DNA of 64,000 nt, taken from a virus (lineage: Duplodnaviria; Heunggongvirae; Uroviricota; Caudoviricetes). This document shows, piece by piece, positions 9,299 through 18,215 of the stretch. The translations under genes and the position numbers were made by a program. Below the pieces are notes generated by a model. That model was not told the DNA's origin. It ran no database searches and saw only the letters and a program-made list of their open reading frames with translations. Position 1 is the first letter of the stretch. The number at the start of each line of letters is the position of its first letter. The stretch lies in the IMG/VR virus record IMGVR_UViG_3300042568_000774; one strand, given 5' to 3'.

Positions 9299-9745
9299 AT
9301 GAAATATTTTGTAGTCCTATTCTTGGTTTTATTTAACTACAACGTTGTAGCACAAATTAAAGTTGATAACGTTGGTGATGGATGGGTAGATAAAGTTAAT
9401 CAAGCAATAACCTTAATTAAAAAAGTTGATAGTGAAAAATACGATAAGTTAATTGAGGTATGTGACCACGTAACTTTTTGGAATGGTAATTTCTCAACAT
9501 CAGAAAATGACCACACAATTATGATATCTCAAGCAGATATAATGAGGGGGTCTGTAAATAATGTAGCAGCGGTTTTAGTACACGAATCGAGACATCTTAT
9601 GTTTAGAAAATTAGGAGTTAAAATGTCAGAGATTGATGAAGAAACAATGGTTTACATATATGAATTAGATTTTTTACAAAAAATTCCCGGTGTTGAACCA
9701 TTTTTAATTGAGAATGCAAAAAAAAGAATTATTAAACCAAAATAA
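9299..9745 (+). CDS. small secreted protein with an HExxH motif (putative Zn-metallopeptidase-like)
   Basis: Signal peptide MKYFVVLFLVLFNYNVVAQ. VLVHESRHLMF contains HESRH. A TATTTATAAAAAACTT box lies upstream of the ATG. Confidence 0.45.
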   Translation: MKYFVVLFLVLFNYNVVAQIKVDNVGDGWVDKVNQAITLIKKVDSEKYDKLIEVCDHVTFWNGNFSTSENDHTIMISQADIMRGSVNNVAAVLVHESRHLMFRKLGVKMSEIDEETMVYIYELDFLQKIPGVEPFLIENAKKRIIKPK

Positions 9746-9751
9746 AAAAGG

Positions 9752-9937
9752 TTACTTATTTAAAGTAACCTTTCTTGTAACCTTCTTGGTTTTAACCACA
9801 GGTTTTTTATATTTAATTTCAACCTCGTAAGGTCCAAACTTATTCTTTGAAGTGTCGTATCTCCAAATAATTGTTTCATCGGGGTCATCAAAAACTTGTT
9901 CCCATTTTTTACCTAATTCTTTTACTACTAAACTCAT
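9752..9937 (-). CDS. small hypothetical protein (61 aa)
   Basis: ORF only. Its 3' end overlaps a hairpin at 9748-9773. Confidence 0.3.
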   Translation of the reverse strand: MSLVVKELGKKWEQVFDDPDETIIWRYDTSKNKFGPYEVEIKYKKPVVKTKKVTRKVTLNK

Positions 9938-9973
9938 AGGACAAAATTAAATAATATTTATGATATTTCAAAA

Positions 9974-10171
9974 TTATTCTTCTTCTTTTTTATGTTTTTT
10001 CCATTCAAACCAAAAAGCTAATAAAACTAATAAGTTCATACCACAAGATGCTAATATTTCATGAATGTCTTGATAGATATTCAAACTTAAATGAATATGC
10101 CCAACAACCCAAAATGGGACTGCCAAATTACTACCCATCCATATTATAAAAAATATTAAAAATTTCTTCAT
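9974..10171 (-). CDS. small membrane protein (65 aa)
   Basis: Two hydrophobic segments and a charged KKHKKEEE tail. Confidence 0.4.
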   Translation of the reverse strand: MKKFLIFFIIWMGSNLAVPFWVVGHIHLSLNIYQDIHEILASCGMNLLVLLAFWFEWKKHKKEEE

Positions 10172-10182
10172 AGTAATAAATA

Positions 10183-11097
10183 CTATTCATTTTCAGACAT
10201 TTCAATTAATTCTTTATAAATGCTTTGTTTTTGTTTTTTATTCATCTCATAAGCTCTCGCCAATCTTGTTAAACCAATACCCGCTCCAAATCTTGGAAAG
10301 AAGTTCAAAGATAAGAATTCTTCCAATTCTTTTTCAACTCTGTCTTTTCCAAACAATTCAAACAACTTATCGGAATAACCCCCATCTTCAATTGTGTAAA
10401 ACATTTCTTTCATCTTTTTAACATCACAACTTCTCTCAGCAGAGCCAATAGTTTCTTGTCCAAACATAATCACATCCACTTTGTTAAAGATGTTATCTTC
10501 TCCGTGTTTCATATTCCAAAATGGATTGGTTCGTATTGGGAAGTTTTGAAGTGAGATAATATCACCTTTTTCTTTCCACATTTTTGATTCGTGTTCATCT
10601 TCTAATATTTTAACACCACCGTATTCCTCACACACATCTTCATAATTAACTTCAACCGGTGTTGTGAATCCTAAAAATTGTAACAATTCAAGTTCTAACG
10701 CAACTAAATCTTCCATAGTCCCTTTTGATTCAAATTCAAACATTGGAAAGATTAATTCGTGACGACCCGGGATTGGATTCTTTTCTTCTCTGTATGATGT
10801 TGAAATACAGAATACTCCATCCCATTCAGGATTTTTTAATAATTCATACTCCAACCACATTTGTCCGGTTTGAGGTAATGGCCAAATTTCACTACTATAT
10901 TCAAATGTTTTCACTGAATGTGGATTTTCGCAAGCAGCTAAAATAGATAATCGTGATTGAGATGGAACCTCAATAAAGTTCTTGTTAACAAAGAACGTTC
11001 TCATTTTTTGTACCAATTCGTGGTAAGTTTTTGTGTTTTTCATAGTTTTAATATTTAAGGTTAATTGTTCACATATGGGCAAAAAAAATCCCTTCAA
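10183..11097 (-). CDS. class II aminoacyl-tRNA-synthetase-like catalytic core / AsnA (aspartate-ammonia ligase)-like protein
   Basis: Motif-like segments match the class II aaRS core fold: FIEVPSQSRL, FCISTSYREEKNPIPGRHELIFPMFEFE, GAGIGLTRL. The length (304 aa) fits AsnA-like enzymes. Confidence 0.5.
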   Translation of the reverse strand: MKGFFLPICEQLTLNIKTMKNTKTYHELVQKMRTFFVNKNFIEVPSQSRLSILAACENPHSVKTFEYSSEIWPLPQTGQMWLEYELLKNPEWDGVFCISTSYREEKNPIPGRHELIFPMFEFESKGTMEDLVALELELLQFLGFTTPVEVNYEDVCEEYGGVKILEDEHESKMWKEKGDIISLQNFPIRTNPFWNMKHGEDNIFNKVDVIMFGQETIGSAERSCDVKKMKEMFYTIEDGGYSDKLFELFGKDRVEKELEEFLSLNFFPRFGAGIGLTRLARAYEMNKKQKQSIYKELIEMSENE

Positions 11098-11112
11098 TAT
11101 AGAAGGGATTTA
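11081..11112. terminator. hairpin terminator (AATCCCTTC-loop-GAAGGGATT)
   Basis: A-run then a 9-bp inverted repeat, downstream of the minus-strand gene 10183..11097. Confidence 0.55.
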
Positions 11113-11264
11113 CTTGTTAAGTAATATAATTGTTCGGCGTGTATAATTCATATCGTTTCATTGGTAATAAATATACTATATTCAGATAAAAAAACAAGTA
11201 TATTAAATTTTTTTATTTAAAATAAATTTATTTACAAAGATACTTATATAATTATTATTAAAAT

Positions 11265-11450
11265 ATGAACGACGAACAAAAAGCACAACTGTACAGTCAA
11301 CTAACATACAATTATGATAGATTGGCAAATGAAATCGCCTCAATTAAAGGTGAAAGTATTGATTTAAATTCTCAACAACAGGAAAGAATTCAAAAACTCC
11401 AAATGGAACAACATAAAATTATGAGTAGAGTTCAACAATTAATGAATTAA
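11265..11450 (+). CDS. small hypothetical protein (61 aa)
   Basis: ORF with coiled-coil-like Q/E-rich sequence. Confidence 0.35.
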   Translation: MNDEQKAQLYSQLTYNYDRLANEIASIKGESIDLNSQQQERIQKLQMEQHKIMSRVQQLMN

Positions 11451-11477
11451 CTATATTTATAAATAAAAACAAAAATT

Positions 11478-11810
11478 ATGTTATTAGCAAAAATTAATCC
11501 AGCAGCTGAAAAAGTTACAGAAGTAACACCATTTAGTTCTACAACAATCTCATTAGAGTATATGACTGCGATTGCAAGACCTTACGTAGCGGGAGCTACT
11601 CAAACAAACTTTGCACTTGAATTTGGAACAATTACCGAAGTTGAGGGTGTTGTAACATCATTTCAATCAAGAACACAATCTAATTTAACTTTAACCTCAG
11701 ATGAATTATCGACATGGGGTACTAATGATGAGGTTTTATTATCCATCATAGCAGGAAAATTAAATGTAAGTGTTGAAAGTTACGTAAACGTAGAAAGAAA
11801 TAACTTCTAA
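11478..11810 (+). CDS. hypothetical protein (110 aa)
   Basis: TATATTTAT box at 11452-11460 upstream of the ATG. Terminator at 11815-11845 downstream. Confidence 0.5.
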   Translation: MLLAKINPAAEKVTEVTPFSSTTISLEYMTAIARPYVAGATQTNFALEFGTITEVEGVVTSFQSRTQSNLTLTSDELSTWGTNDEVLLSIIAGKLNVSVESYVNVERNNF

Positions 11811-11814
11811 AAAC

Positions 11815-11845
11815 ATAAAACCCCTCAACAGAGGGGTTTTTTATT
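11815..11845. terminator. bidirectional terminator (AAAACCCCTCAACAGAGGGGTTTTTTATTT)
   Basis: Perfect CCCCTC/GAGGGG stem flanked by A and T runs, between convergent genes. Confidence 0.75.
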
Positions 11846-12536
11846 TAACAAACTCTACTTCGTTTGTTTCCGGATTCCAATTAATAGTCATTGGTTTTTG
11901 AGAATAAACATATCGTTCATCTAATACCGCAGAATTAAAGTGATGAGTATCACCTTTTCTAACGTAACCATAACCGGTGTGGATATGACCAACATTGTGA
12001 ATTTTCACATTCAATCTCTCTAATCTCTCAACTAATAACTCACAACCTAAATTATCATATCTTCTACCATCAACGGTATCTAAGATTCCAAACGCTGGCC
12101 CATGAGTAAGTAAGATGTCAGTATCATCAGGAATTCCTTCCCATTTACCCGAAAGAGCTAAACCATTTTTCTGTAGGTTAAACGCCCAATCGTGAAACCA
12201 AGGTTGCCAAGGACTACCATAAATTTTAACTTCTCTTTCATCACCAACTTTTATTACCAATTCACTGTCTTGAAGATATGTAATTCCGGTGTAAAAATCT
12301 AAAATTTCTTTTACCTTCTCAACATTGTCTTGGAAACCCCAATCGTGATTTCCGGCAATAAATACCTTGTGAGTATAACCTTCAATATCGTTGAACCACT
12401 TACAGAACTCTCTGATTTCGTGTTCGTATCCCATTGAAGAAATATCTCCACTATGAACTAACAAATCTCCTCCCGGTAAGTCTACAGTTATTTGTTTGTG
12501 TTTGTTGTGCGTATCACTTATTAATGTAATTTTCAT
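11841..12536 (-). CDS. calcineurin-like metallophosphoesterase
   Basis: MKITLISDTHNKH ... GDISSMGY ... AGNHD ... motifs (DxH, GDxxD, GNH[DE]). Confidence 0.8.
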   Translation of the reverse strand: MKITLISDTHNKHKQITVDLPGGDLLVHSGDISSMGYEHEIREFCKWFNDIEGYTHKVFIAGNHDWGFQDNVEKVKEILDFYTGITYLQDSELVIKVGDEREVKIYGSPWQPWFHDWAFNLQKNGLALSGKWEGIPDDTDILLTHGPAFGILDTVDGRRYDNLGCELLVERLERLNVKIHNVGHIHTGYGYVRKGDTHHFNSAVLDERYVYSQKPMTINWNPETNEVEFVK

Positions 12537-12544
12537 AATTTTTA

Positions 12545-12706
12545 ATTTTCGTCATAATCTTTTCTTTCTTCTTCTTCGTTAAAAAATTCTTTTCCTTCAT
12601 AATCCGGATAATTTTTTTTCATATAATCAATCCCTTTAACCCATAGGATTATTATCCCCAAGAACACCAATCCCAATACAATACCAAATATAGTTTCAAT
12701 ACTCAT
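12545..12706 (-). CDS. possible small TM protein (54 aa, not in the ORF track)
   Basis: Translated by hand as MSIETIFGIVLGLVFLGIIILWVKGIDYMKKNYPDYEGKEFFNEEEERKDYDEN. One TM helix plus an acidic tail. Confidence 0.3.
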
Positions 12707-13208
12707 TATTTTTATTTATTAAAGATTCAATTTTTTTTATTATTGTTTTATATGTTTTTTTATCTCTGTGTGGGTCACCATACCCGATTGGGGGGTCAAT
12801 AATTTCACCACCAAATTGTTTGAATTTTTGATAGTATTGTAATACCGATGATAAGTTATATTTTTTAACGTGTCCCCATCCCCAAGAACCTTGAATAATG
12901 TATATGGTTGAGTTTGGAAAAGTTCTTTTAATTGTATTCATTAAATCTTTAATCCCAACGTCTTTGTAATTGTCGTTAACACCTATACAAAGAGAAACTG
13001 TTTTAACATTACGTGATATTGGATAAGGTAATACTTTTTTAGTTAAACCATACACCCCAATACCGCTCTTTGATAATTTTCTAATCTGTTTTATTTGTTT
13101 AGAATGTTTACTCAAATAAAATGTTTGAGAATCTCCAATCAGTACGTGTTCTTGACTATACGACAAAAATACAAAAAAAATTAATATGAACCTAATTAAT
13201 CCCACCAA
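12696..13208 (-). CDS. SGNH/GDSL-like hydrolase (putative)
   Basis: Signal-like N-terminus, then GDSQT (block I), IGVNDN (block III GxND) and a C-terminal DPH (DxxH-like). Confidence 0.45.
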   Translation of the reverse strand: MVGLIRFILIFFVFLSYSQEHVLIGDSQTFYLSKHSKQIKQIRKLSKSGIGVYGLTKKVLPYPISRNVKTVSLCIGVNDNYKDVGIKDLMNTIKRTFPNSTIYIIQGSWGWGHVKKYNLSSVLQYYQKFKQFGGEIIDPPIGYGDPHRDKKTYKTIIKKIESLINKNNEY

Positions 13209-13831
13209 CCTTCAATATTTTCTTCCATTATTTTGAATAACAATTTTCTTGCTCTGTCGTGATTGATATAACCAATATCCATTGCGATTAATTGTTTATC
13301 CCCCTCACGACCTTTTCTATCAATAAGACCCTCACCATTAATTACTCTTTTGTAGATTAATGGGTATTTTTTGAAGTAATCATCAAAATTCTCTTCCAAT
13401 GTTCTTGATTCCCAAGATGATAATCTTTCGTCACCCGGAACTGGTTCAAACCAATGTTTGGTTTTATGATAATCCGAGTATTCTGATGAATAAAATTCAT
13501 CTTGAACTAATTTCATCAATTTTACACACAATCTCATTCGTTTTGCATCTAATTGAGCCCGAGTATGTAAATCTCTACGTCCAATATAGTCCGCCTGTGA
13601 AGATAATTTATGTTTCATTATCTCAAAGATGTAATGACTATCCCAATTTCGGTCTTTCCATATGATTGGGAACCAATAAATTAGGTTTTTCACACCTCTT
13701 TTAAATTCAAGATGTAAATACTTCCCTTCGTGGTTCCACCATAATGGAATAAAACGTAATTTTCTTACAATCCACGATTCTTTTTCTCTTTTTTCCGCCC
13801 ATTGGTCGAATATGTCTTTTTCTGGTTCCAT
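13196..13831 (-). CDS. hypothetical protein (211 aa)
   Basis: W/R-rich ORF with no recognisable domain. Overlaps the downstream gene by 13 nt. Confidence 0.5.
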   Translation of the reverse strand: MEPEKDIFDQWAEKREKESWIVRKLRFIPLWWNHEGKYLHLEFKRGVKNLIYWFPIIWKDRNWDSHYIFEIMKHKLSSQADYIGRRDLHTRAQLDAKRMRLCVKLMKLVQDEFYSSEYSDYHKTKHWFEPVPGDERLSSWESRTLEENFDDYFKKYPLIYKRVINGEGLIDRKGREGDKQLIAMDIGYINHDRARKLLFKIMEENIEGWWD

Positions 13832-13984
13832 TTTTTAATATTTTCTACAAAGATAACACATTTATTTAAATAAAAAAAGGAATTAGTGAAAAACTAACTC
13901 CTTTTTTGGGAAAGATATATAGGCACTCTGATGTGAGTGATAGAATTTATAAATATAGGTAAAAATGAAAAAAATAACTATAAA

Positions 13985-14209
13985 TCACATTATAACACCA
14001 TTTTTTTCTATTTTTTCACTTTGTTCATTGTAATTTACACTAAAATTATTAGATAATGTGATTTTTAAGTCCTCAGTCATCTCAAATCTCCATTTATTTA
14101 GGAAATTTTTGAATAAATTATCCGAACATTTCATATGGTAGTGTGTTTCTGAAGAGTATAAAACTCTATTGACCCAATTAAACTCTTCCGACATCTTAAA
14201 AACATCCAT
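13985..14209 (-). CDS. small hypothetical protein
   Basis: ORF only. Confidence 0.3.
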   Translation of the reverse strand: MDVFKMSEEFNWVNRVLYSSETHYHMKCSDNLFKNFLNKWRFEMTEDLKITLSNNFSVNYNEQSEKIEKNGVIM

Positions 14210-14210
14210 A

Positions 14211-14474
14211 TTACTTAAATTTACCCATGTTTTTACTTATATTCATCAAATCACCCATCATTTTACTCATATCAGGCAATTGACCATGATTCATACCACC
14301 AAATGGGGTGTTTTTAAGTTCAGTAAAGGTTTTGAAGAGTGTTTTACCATATTTCTTCCACCAATATATAATACAACCACAAACGGCAATCTGTACTATA
14401 ATAAAAATTGTTAAAATTACATTTAGATACATAGTTTTTTCTTTAATTATACAAACTTTATTGATAAAGGTCAA
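14211..14474 (-). CDS. small membrane protein (87 aa)
   Basis: Hydrophobic core LNVILTIFIIVQIAVCGCIIYWW. Confidence 0.4.
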   Translation of the reverse strand: MTFINKVCIIKEKTMYLNVILTIFIIVQIAVCGCIIYWWKKYGKTLFKTFTELKNTPFGGMNHGQLPDMSKMMGDLMNISKNMGKFK

Positions 14475-14497
14475 ATATTGAACTATATTTATAACAT

Positions 14498-14767
14498 ATG
14501 AAGAAAGCTTTTGAATATTTTTTAAACAAATTATTAAAAAAAGAAATTGACCTCCTTTTTGGTGTTGATAGTACCATTGTTGTAAATTATATCAAATATT
14601 CCACAAATAACAAATCATTAACTATAGATTGTAAACTTTTAACCACAGACCCGGAGATGTGTATTGAAACATATCCATTAGGGTTAGAGTCGTTAGTTAT
14701 GGAGAGTTGGAATTGGATGGGTTATCAAGAAAATATTACACTAACACACTCAATAGACCTTAAATAA
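14498..14767 (+). CDS. hypothetical protein (89 aa)
   Basis: TATATTTAT box at 14484-14492, immediately upstream of the ATG. Confidence 0.45.
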   Translation: MKKAFEYFLNKLLKKEIDLLFGVDSTIVVNYIKYSTNNKSLTIDCKLLTTDPEMCIETYPLGLESLVMESWNWMGYQENITLTHSIDLK

Positions 14768-14954
14768 ATAAGTATAATTCAGTTTGTATTAAACCTTCTA
14801 ATACAAATTCATTAAACACGTCTTCAACGACCTCCGAAAAATCTCTTTTAGGTCCATTGTTTTTAATTCTAGTTACTTCATTTGAGAATTCTTTGAATAC
14901 TCCTGAAATGTGAGCGAAATAGTACATTTCCTCAACGTGTTCTTCGTTTGACAT
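14760..14954 (-). CDS. small hypothetical protein
   Basis: ORF only. Confidence 0.3.
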   Translation of the reverse strand: MSNEEHVEEMYYFAHISGVFKEFSNEVTRIKNNGPKRDFSEVVEDVFNEFVLEGLIQTELYLFI

Positions 14955-15076
14955 AATATAATAAAGGGGTTTAATAGGTTATTTATACCCATAATTATAG
15001 TCATTTTTATTTTTTTTGTCAATTACATTTGATTATTATTAAATTTAAAGTTATATTTTCTAAAAACATTTAAAAT

Positions 15077-15502
15077 ATGAGAAAAATTCAAACAGGTGAT
15101 ACTGTAAAAGTACACTACACAGGTAAATTAGAAGATGGGTCTGTTTTTGATTCATCATTAACTGAAGGTCGTGAACCAATTGAAGTAACTTTAGGCCAAG
15201 GACAATTAATTCCGGGATTTGAAGCTGGTTTAATGGACATGAGCGAAGGTGAGAAAAAAACGGTTGAAATCGAATCTGCAGATGCTTATGGTGAACCAAG
15301 AGCCGAAATGATAAATGAAGTACCAAAAGCAAATGTTCCTGAAGGAGTACAAGCCGGAGAAATGTTGCAAGGTATGGGACCACAAGGTCCGGTTAATGTT
15401 AAAGTTGTTTCAGTTACTGAAGATACCGTTACATTAGACGCAAATCACCCGTTAGCAGGTAAAAAATTAATCTTTGATTTAGAAATTGTTAGTATCTCTT
15501 AA
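15077..15502 (+). CDS. slyD: FKBP-type peptidyl-prolyl cis-trans isomerase (SlyD-like)
   Basis: GDTVKVHYTGKLEDGSVFDSS...EPIEVTLGQGQLIPGFEAGLMDM..., with a C-terminal ...GKKLIFDLEIVSI, a typical SlyD/FKBP signature. ATG confirmed at 15077. Confidence 0.85.
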   Translation: MRKIQTGDTVKVHYTGKLEDGSVFDSSLTEGREPIEVTLGQGQLIPGFEAGLMDMSEGEKKTVEIESADAYGEPRAEMINEVPKANVPEGVQAGEMLQGMGPQGPVNVKVVSVTEDTVTLDANHPLAGKKLIFDLEIVSIS

Positions 15503-15588
15503 TGAGATATTAACATTTTTTTGTTAATAAACTTGTGAGTTAATTTTTTTATTCATACTTTTGTTAAAACATTAAAACTTAAAAAATT

Positions 15589-15930
15589 ATGAACGAAAAA
15601 CTAAAAAGATTGAAAGACAAAGTTACACCAATATTTAAGAGTGTAACAATTTATGGTATTATTTTGTGTTCTGTTGTTGCGGCGTTCTTTGTGGGAGTTT
15701 TTTACAACCAAATGGTCAACAAAAACAAATCATCAAAAGTTCAAGTTAGAACAATTGTTAAGTCAGAAGTTAATTTGGCAATCGATGAAAACAACCATTT
15801 AATAGTTATTGACAAAAAAACAGGTAATTATAGTATATACCAAGATTCAATTGGGAAAACTATTTTTAAGCTATACGCCAAAAACGTATGGGGTCAAAAC
15901 AACACTGTTACGACATCAACTATAAAATAA
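15589..15930 (+). CDS. single-pass membrane protein (113 aa)
   Basis: N-terminal TM helix IYGIILCSVVAAFFVGVFY. It sits immediately upstream of the SLT-domain gene and may be a membrane partner, holin or spanin. This is speculative. Confidence 0.45.
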   Translation: MNEKLKRLKDKVTPIFKSVTIYGIILCSVVAAFFVGVFYNQMVNKNKSSKVQVRTIVKSEVNLAIDENNHLIVIDKKTGNYSIYQDSIGKTIFKLYAKNVWGQNNTVTTSTIK

Positions 15931-15936
15931 AGAACT

Positions 15937-16497
15937 ATGAAAATACGTGGAATAATCTTATTTACAACATTAATTTTGTCAATGATTGTGTTAACAACTT
16001 CGTTCAAAATAATGAACAATAAAGTGGAAAAAAATCCAAGTATTGAACTTTCTAAATTGGGGAACTCAGATTTGAGTTCCCCAACTCCGTTAAAGATGTA
16101 TGAGTTAATTAATCATTATTCAGATATCTACGAAATACCAAAACATATAGCGTTTAACGTAGCTTATTTAGAAACAAGATATAAGGGTCCATTTGATTGG
16201 AAATATAAACCCGGTCAAACGTCTTATGCTGGCGCTGTTGGTCCAATGCAGATTATGCCAGCAACCGCAAATTATGTTCACAGACAAAAAATTTCCAAAG
16301 GTAATTTAAAAAATGATATTGAACTTAATATTCGGACAAGTATGAAATTACTTCATCAATTACATCGTAGATATGGTAATTGGAAAATTGTTTGTGGTTG
16401 TTATAATACCGGAAGGCCAATAGTTAATGGATATGCTTTGTTCTGTGTGAACAATAAAAATTATCAAAAAAATTGGGTATACATTAAAGGAATTTAA
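15937..16497 (+). CDS. lytic transglycosylase (SLT domain) with an N-terminal TM anchor
   Basis: AFNVAYLETRYKG ... SYAGAVGPMQIMPATANY matches the SLT catalytic motif (E...S.AGA.G.MQ). N-terminal hydrophobic helix. Confidence 0.7.
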   Translation: MKIRGIILFTTLILSMIVLTTSFKIMNNKVEKNPSIELSKLGNSDLSSPTPLKMYELINHYSDIYEIPKHIAFNVAYLETRYKGPFDWKYKPGQTSYAGAVGPMQIMPATANYVHRQKISKGNLKNDIELNIRTSMKLLHQLHRRYGNWKIVCGCYNTGRPIVNGYALFCVNNKNYQKNWVYIKGI

Positions 16498-16883
16498 TCG
16501 TACATTTTTGATTCATCATCCGGGTGATGTTTTTCAAACTTTTTGATTAACTCACCTGATTTTGCATTTGCTTCATCTTCATTTTGCCCGCCAATATCAC
16601 CACCTCTTTCTCTACCGAGTATAGTTCGTTGATACTCATGAATCCATTCGTGAGTTAAAGTTCTTAAAATGTCTCTATTCATTCTCCCTTTAGATAATAC
16701 AGATATTTCACTATTATCATTTCTAACACCTGTTGTCATATTTTCAGTTCTATCTCCTCTAAAAATAATAGTAACGTCTTTTTTTAAGGGGTATTGTTTT
16801 TGTAGATAATTCATGTAATCATTGTAGAAACCATAATTATCTGTAGGTATGTCTGAATCAATATGTTTAATAATAACTTTCAT
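16494..16883 (-). CDS. hypothetical protein with HEWIHE (HExxH-like) motif
   Basis: TLTHEWIHEYQ. A TATATTTAT box lies upstream of the ATG at 16883. Confidence 0.4.
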   Translation of the reverse strand: MKVIIKHIDSDIPTDNYGFYNDYMNYLQKQYPLKKDVTIIFRGDRTENMTTGVRNDNSEISVLSKGRMNRDILRTLTHEWIHEYQRTILGRERGGDIGGQNEDEANAKSGELIKKFEKHHPDDESKMYD

Positions 16884-16933
16884 AGTTATAAATATATCGG
16901 ATTTTCATAGTATTTATATATAAAATATAATAT

Positions 16934-17659
16934 ATGTCAAAAAAATTAATAATAACTGAAGAAGAGAAAAACAATATAAAATCTTTATATAATGTTAACG
17001 AACAATTTGAGTTTGATAAAATTATTGATTATCTAAAAGATGTTTTAAAAAATAAAGATAAGTATTTTGATAAATTTAAAAACACTGTTAATGATTTAAC
17101 TTCAGATTCAGATGATTCAAAAACTGAACCACTTGATAATATCACCGATAAAGGTCAAAAATTATTAGATAATCAATCATTTCAGGATAAATTGGATGAA
17201 ATTTCAAAATTAATTAATATTGATAAAGATTCTATAATAAAACTAATGAATATGGAATCCACATTAGACCCACAAAATAAAAATAGTATTGGATGTGTTG
17301 GGTTAATTCAATTTTGTCCGGATTTAAAAGGTGGTAGTACAAAAACAATTGGTGGTAAATCATATAATTTAGAAGAATTGCGTAATAATTTAGATAAACA
17401 AATGGAAGCAATTAAAGAATTTTGGTTAACAGGATATAAGTCCGGTAAAATAAAAGAACCTAAAGATTTATATATTTACAACTTTTTTCCTATCGCCGCA
17501 GGTAAATCTGATGATTTTATACTACAAGCTAAAGGATTGTCTGCCAAAAAAGTCGCAAATTCAAACCCAATATTTAATAAAACTTTGGGTAAACCAATAA
17601 ACACACCTTTAACTGTTGGTGATTTAGAAAACTATTATAAAAAAACCGGAATGGTTTAA
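16934..17659 (+). CDS. hypothetical protein (241 aa)
   Basis: Upstream TATTTATATATAAAAT box. Terminator at 17660-17692. Confidence 0.5.
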   Translation: MSKKLIITEEEKNNIKSLYNVNEQFEFDKIIDYLKDVLKNKDKYFDKFKNTVNDLTSDSDDSKTEPLDNITDKGQKLLDNQSFQDKLDEISKLINIDKDSIIKLMNMESTLDPQNKNSIGCVGLIQFCPDLKGGSTKTIGGKSYNLEELRNNLDKQMEAIKEFWLTGYKSGKIKEPKDLYIYNFFPIAAGKSDDFILQAKGLSAKKVANSNPIFNKTLGKPINTPLTVGDLENYYKKTGMV

Positions 17660-17692
17660 AACAATAAAACCGACATCAGTCGGTTTTTTTAT
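17660..17692. terminator. bidirectional terminator (AAAACCGACATCAGTCGGTTTTTTTATT)
   Basis: ACCGAC/GTCGGT stem followed by a T7 run, between convergent genes. Confidence 0.75.
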
Positions 17693-18033
17693 TGTAATAA
17701 ACTTAACAAAACATAACTTAATTTATATCCCGTAAATGCACCTAACGCCGATGGTATCGGGAACACAATTAATTTACCCAAGTCGGTAACATATTTTGGT
17801 CGGTTTACAATTTTACCCATAAAGAAGTAATATATCAGATACCCCATTAATACTGCAATATCTGTCCGTGTTGCAATAAAAACTACTAATGTAGCTCCCA
17901 AGAACCCAAAGGTAAAATTATCTCTTACACCTTCCCAAACTTCCTTATTTGAGGCGGTTTTATATTCCCTAACTATTTTTTTTATTTTTACCTTATTTTT
18001 TCTAAAGTAATCGTGTTTATTCAATTCGGTCAT
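17689..18033 (-). CDS. membrane protein (114 aa, 2-3 TM)
   Basis: Hydrophobic segments FGFLGATLVVFIA and LMGYLIYYFFMG. Confidence 0.45.
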   Translation of the reverse strand: MTELNKHDYFRKNKVKIKKIVREYKTASNKEVWEGVRDNFTFGFLGATLVVFIATRTDIAVLMGYLIYYFFMGKIVNRPKYVTDLGKLIVFPIPSALGAFTGYKLSYVLLSLLQ

Positions 18034-18214
18034 TCTTAACTTGTTTATATAATTCTTCTAAATTTTGTTCATCTAATTCTGTTGTTGTGAATTGTTCGTT
18101 TGATAATTCACATAGGTAGAAGTGGTGATTCACATTGTATTGTTTTCCTCTGTAATTTAATGTGGATGGTTCCGACATTAGTTTCATTTCTCTTCCGGTT
18201 AATGGACTTTTCAT
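18017..18214 (-). CDS. small hypothetical protein (65 aa)
   Basis: ORF overlaps both neighbours by a few nt, suggesting a coupled operon. Confidence 0.35.
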   Translation of the reverse strand: MKSPLTGREMKLMSEPSTLNYRGKQYNVNHHFYLCELSNEQFTTTELDEQNLEELYKQVKNDRIE

Positions 18215-18215
18215 A

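Noticed and set aside
1295-10946. Antisense or nested ORFs inside larger genes (1295..1501+, 1853..2140+, 3084..3503+, 4822..5139+, 5195..5473-, 6889..7122+, 10725..10946+, 13399..13665+, 23622..23828-, 26262..26652+, 29647..29898+, 30126..30737, 31126..31395+, 33407..33631-, 34156..34347-, 34857..35171-, 38051..38680+, 42863..43363-, 44467..45318+, 46760..47220, 47931..48754+, 58645..59046, 61277..61510+ and others)
   Set aside because: They lie opposite or out of frame within longer ORFs that have signals or domains. They have low-complexity or hydrophobic junk composition, typical of shadow ORFs in AT-rich DNA, and carry no upstream box or terminator.
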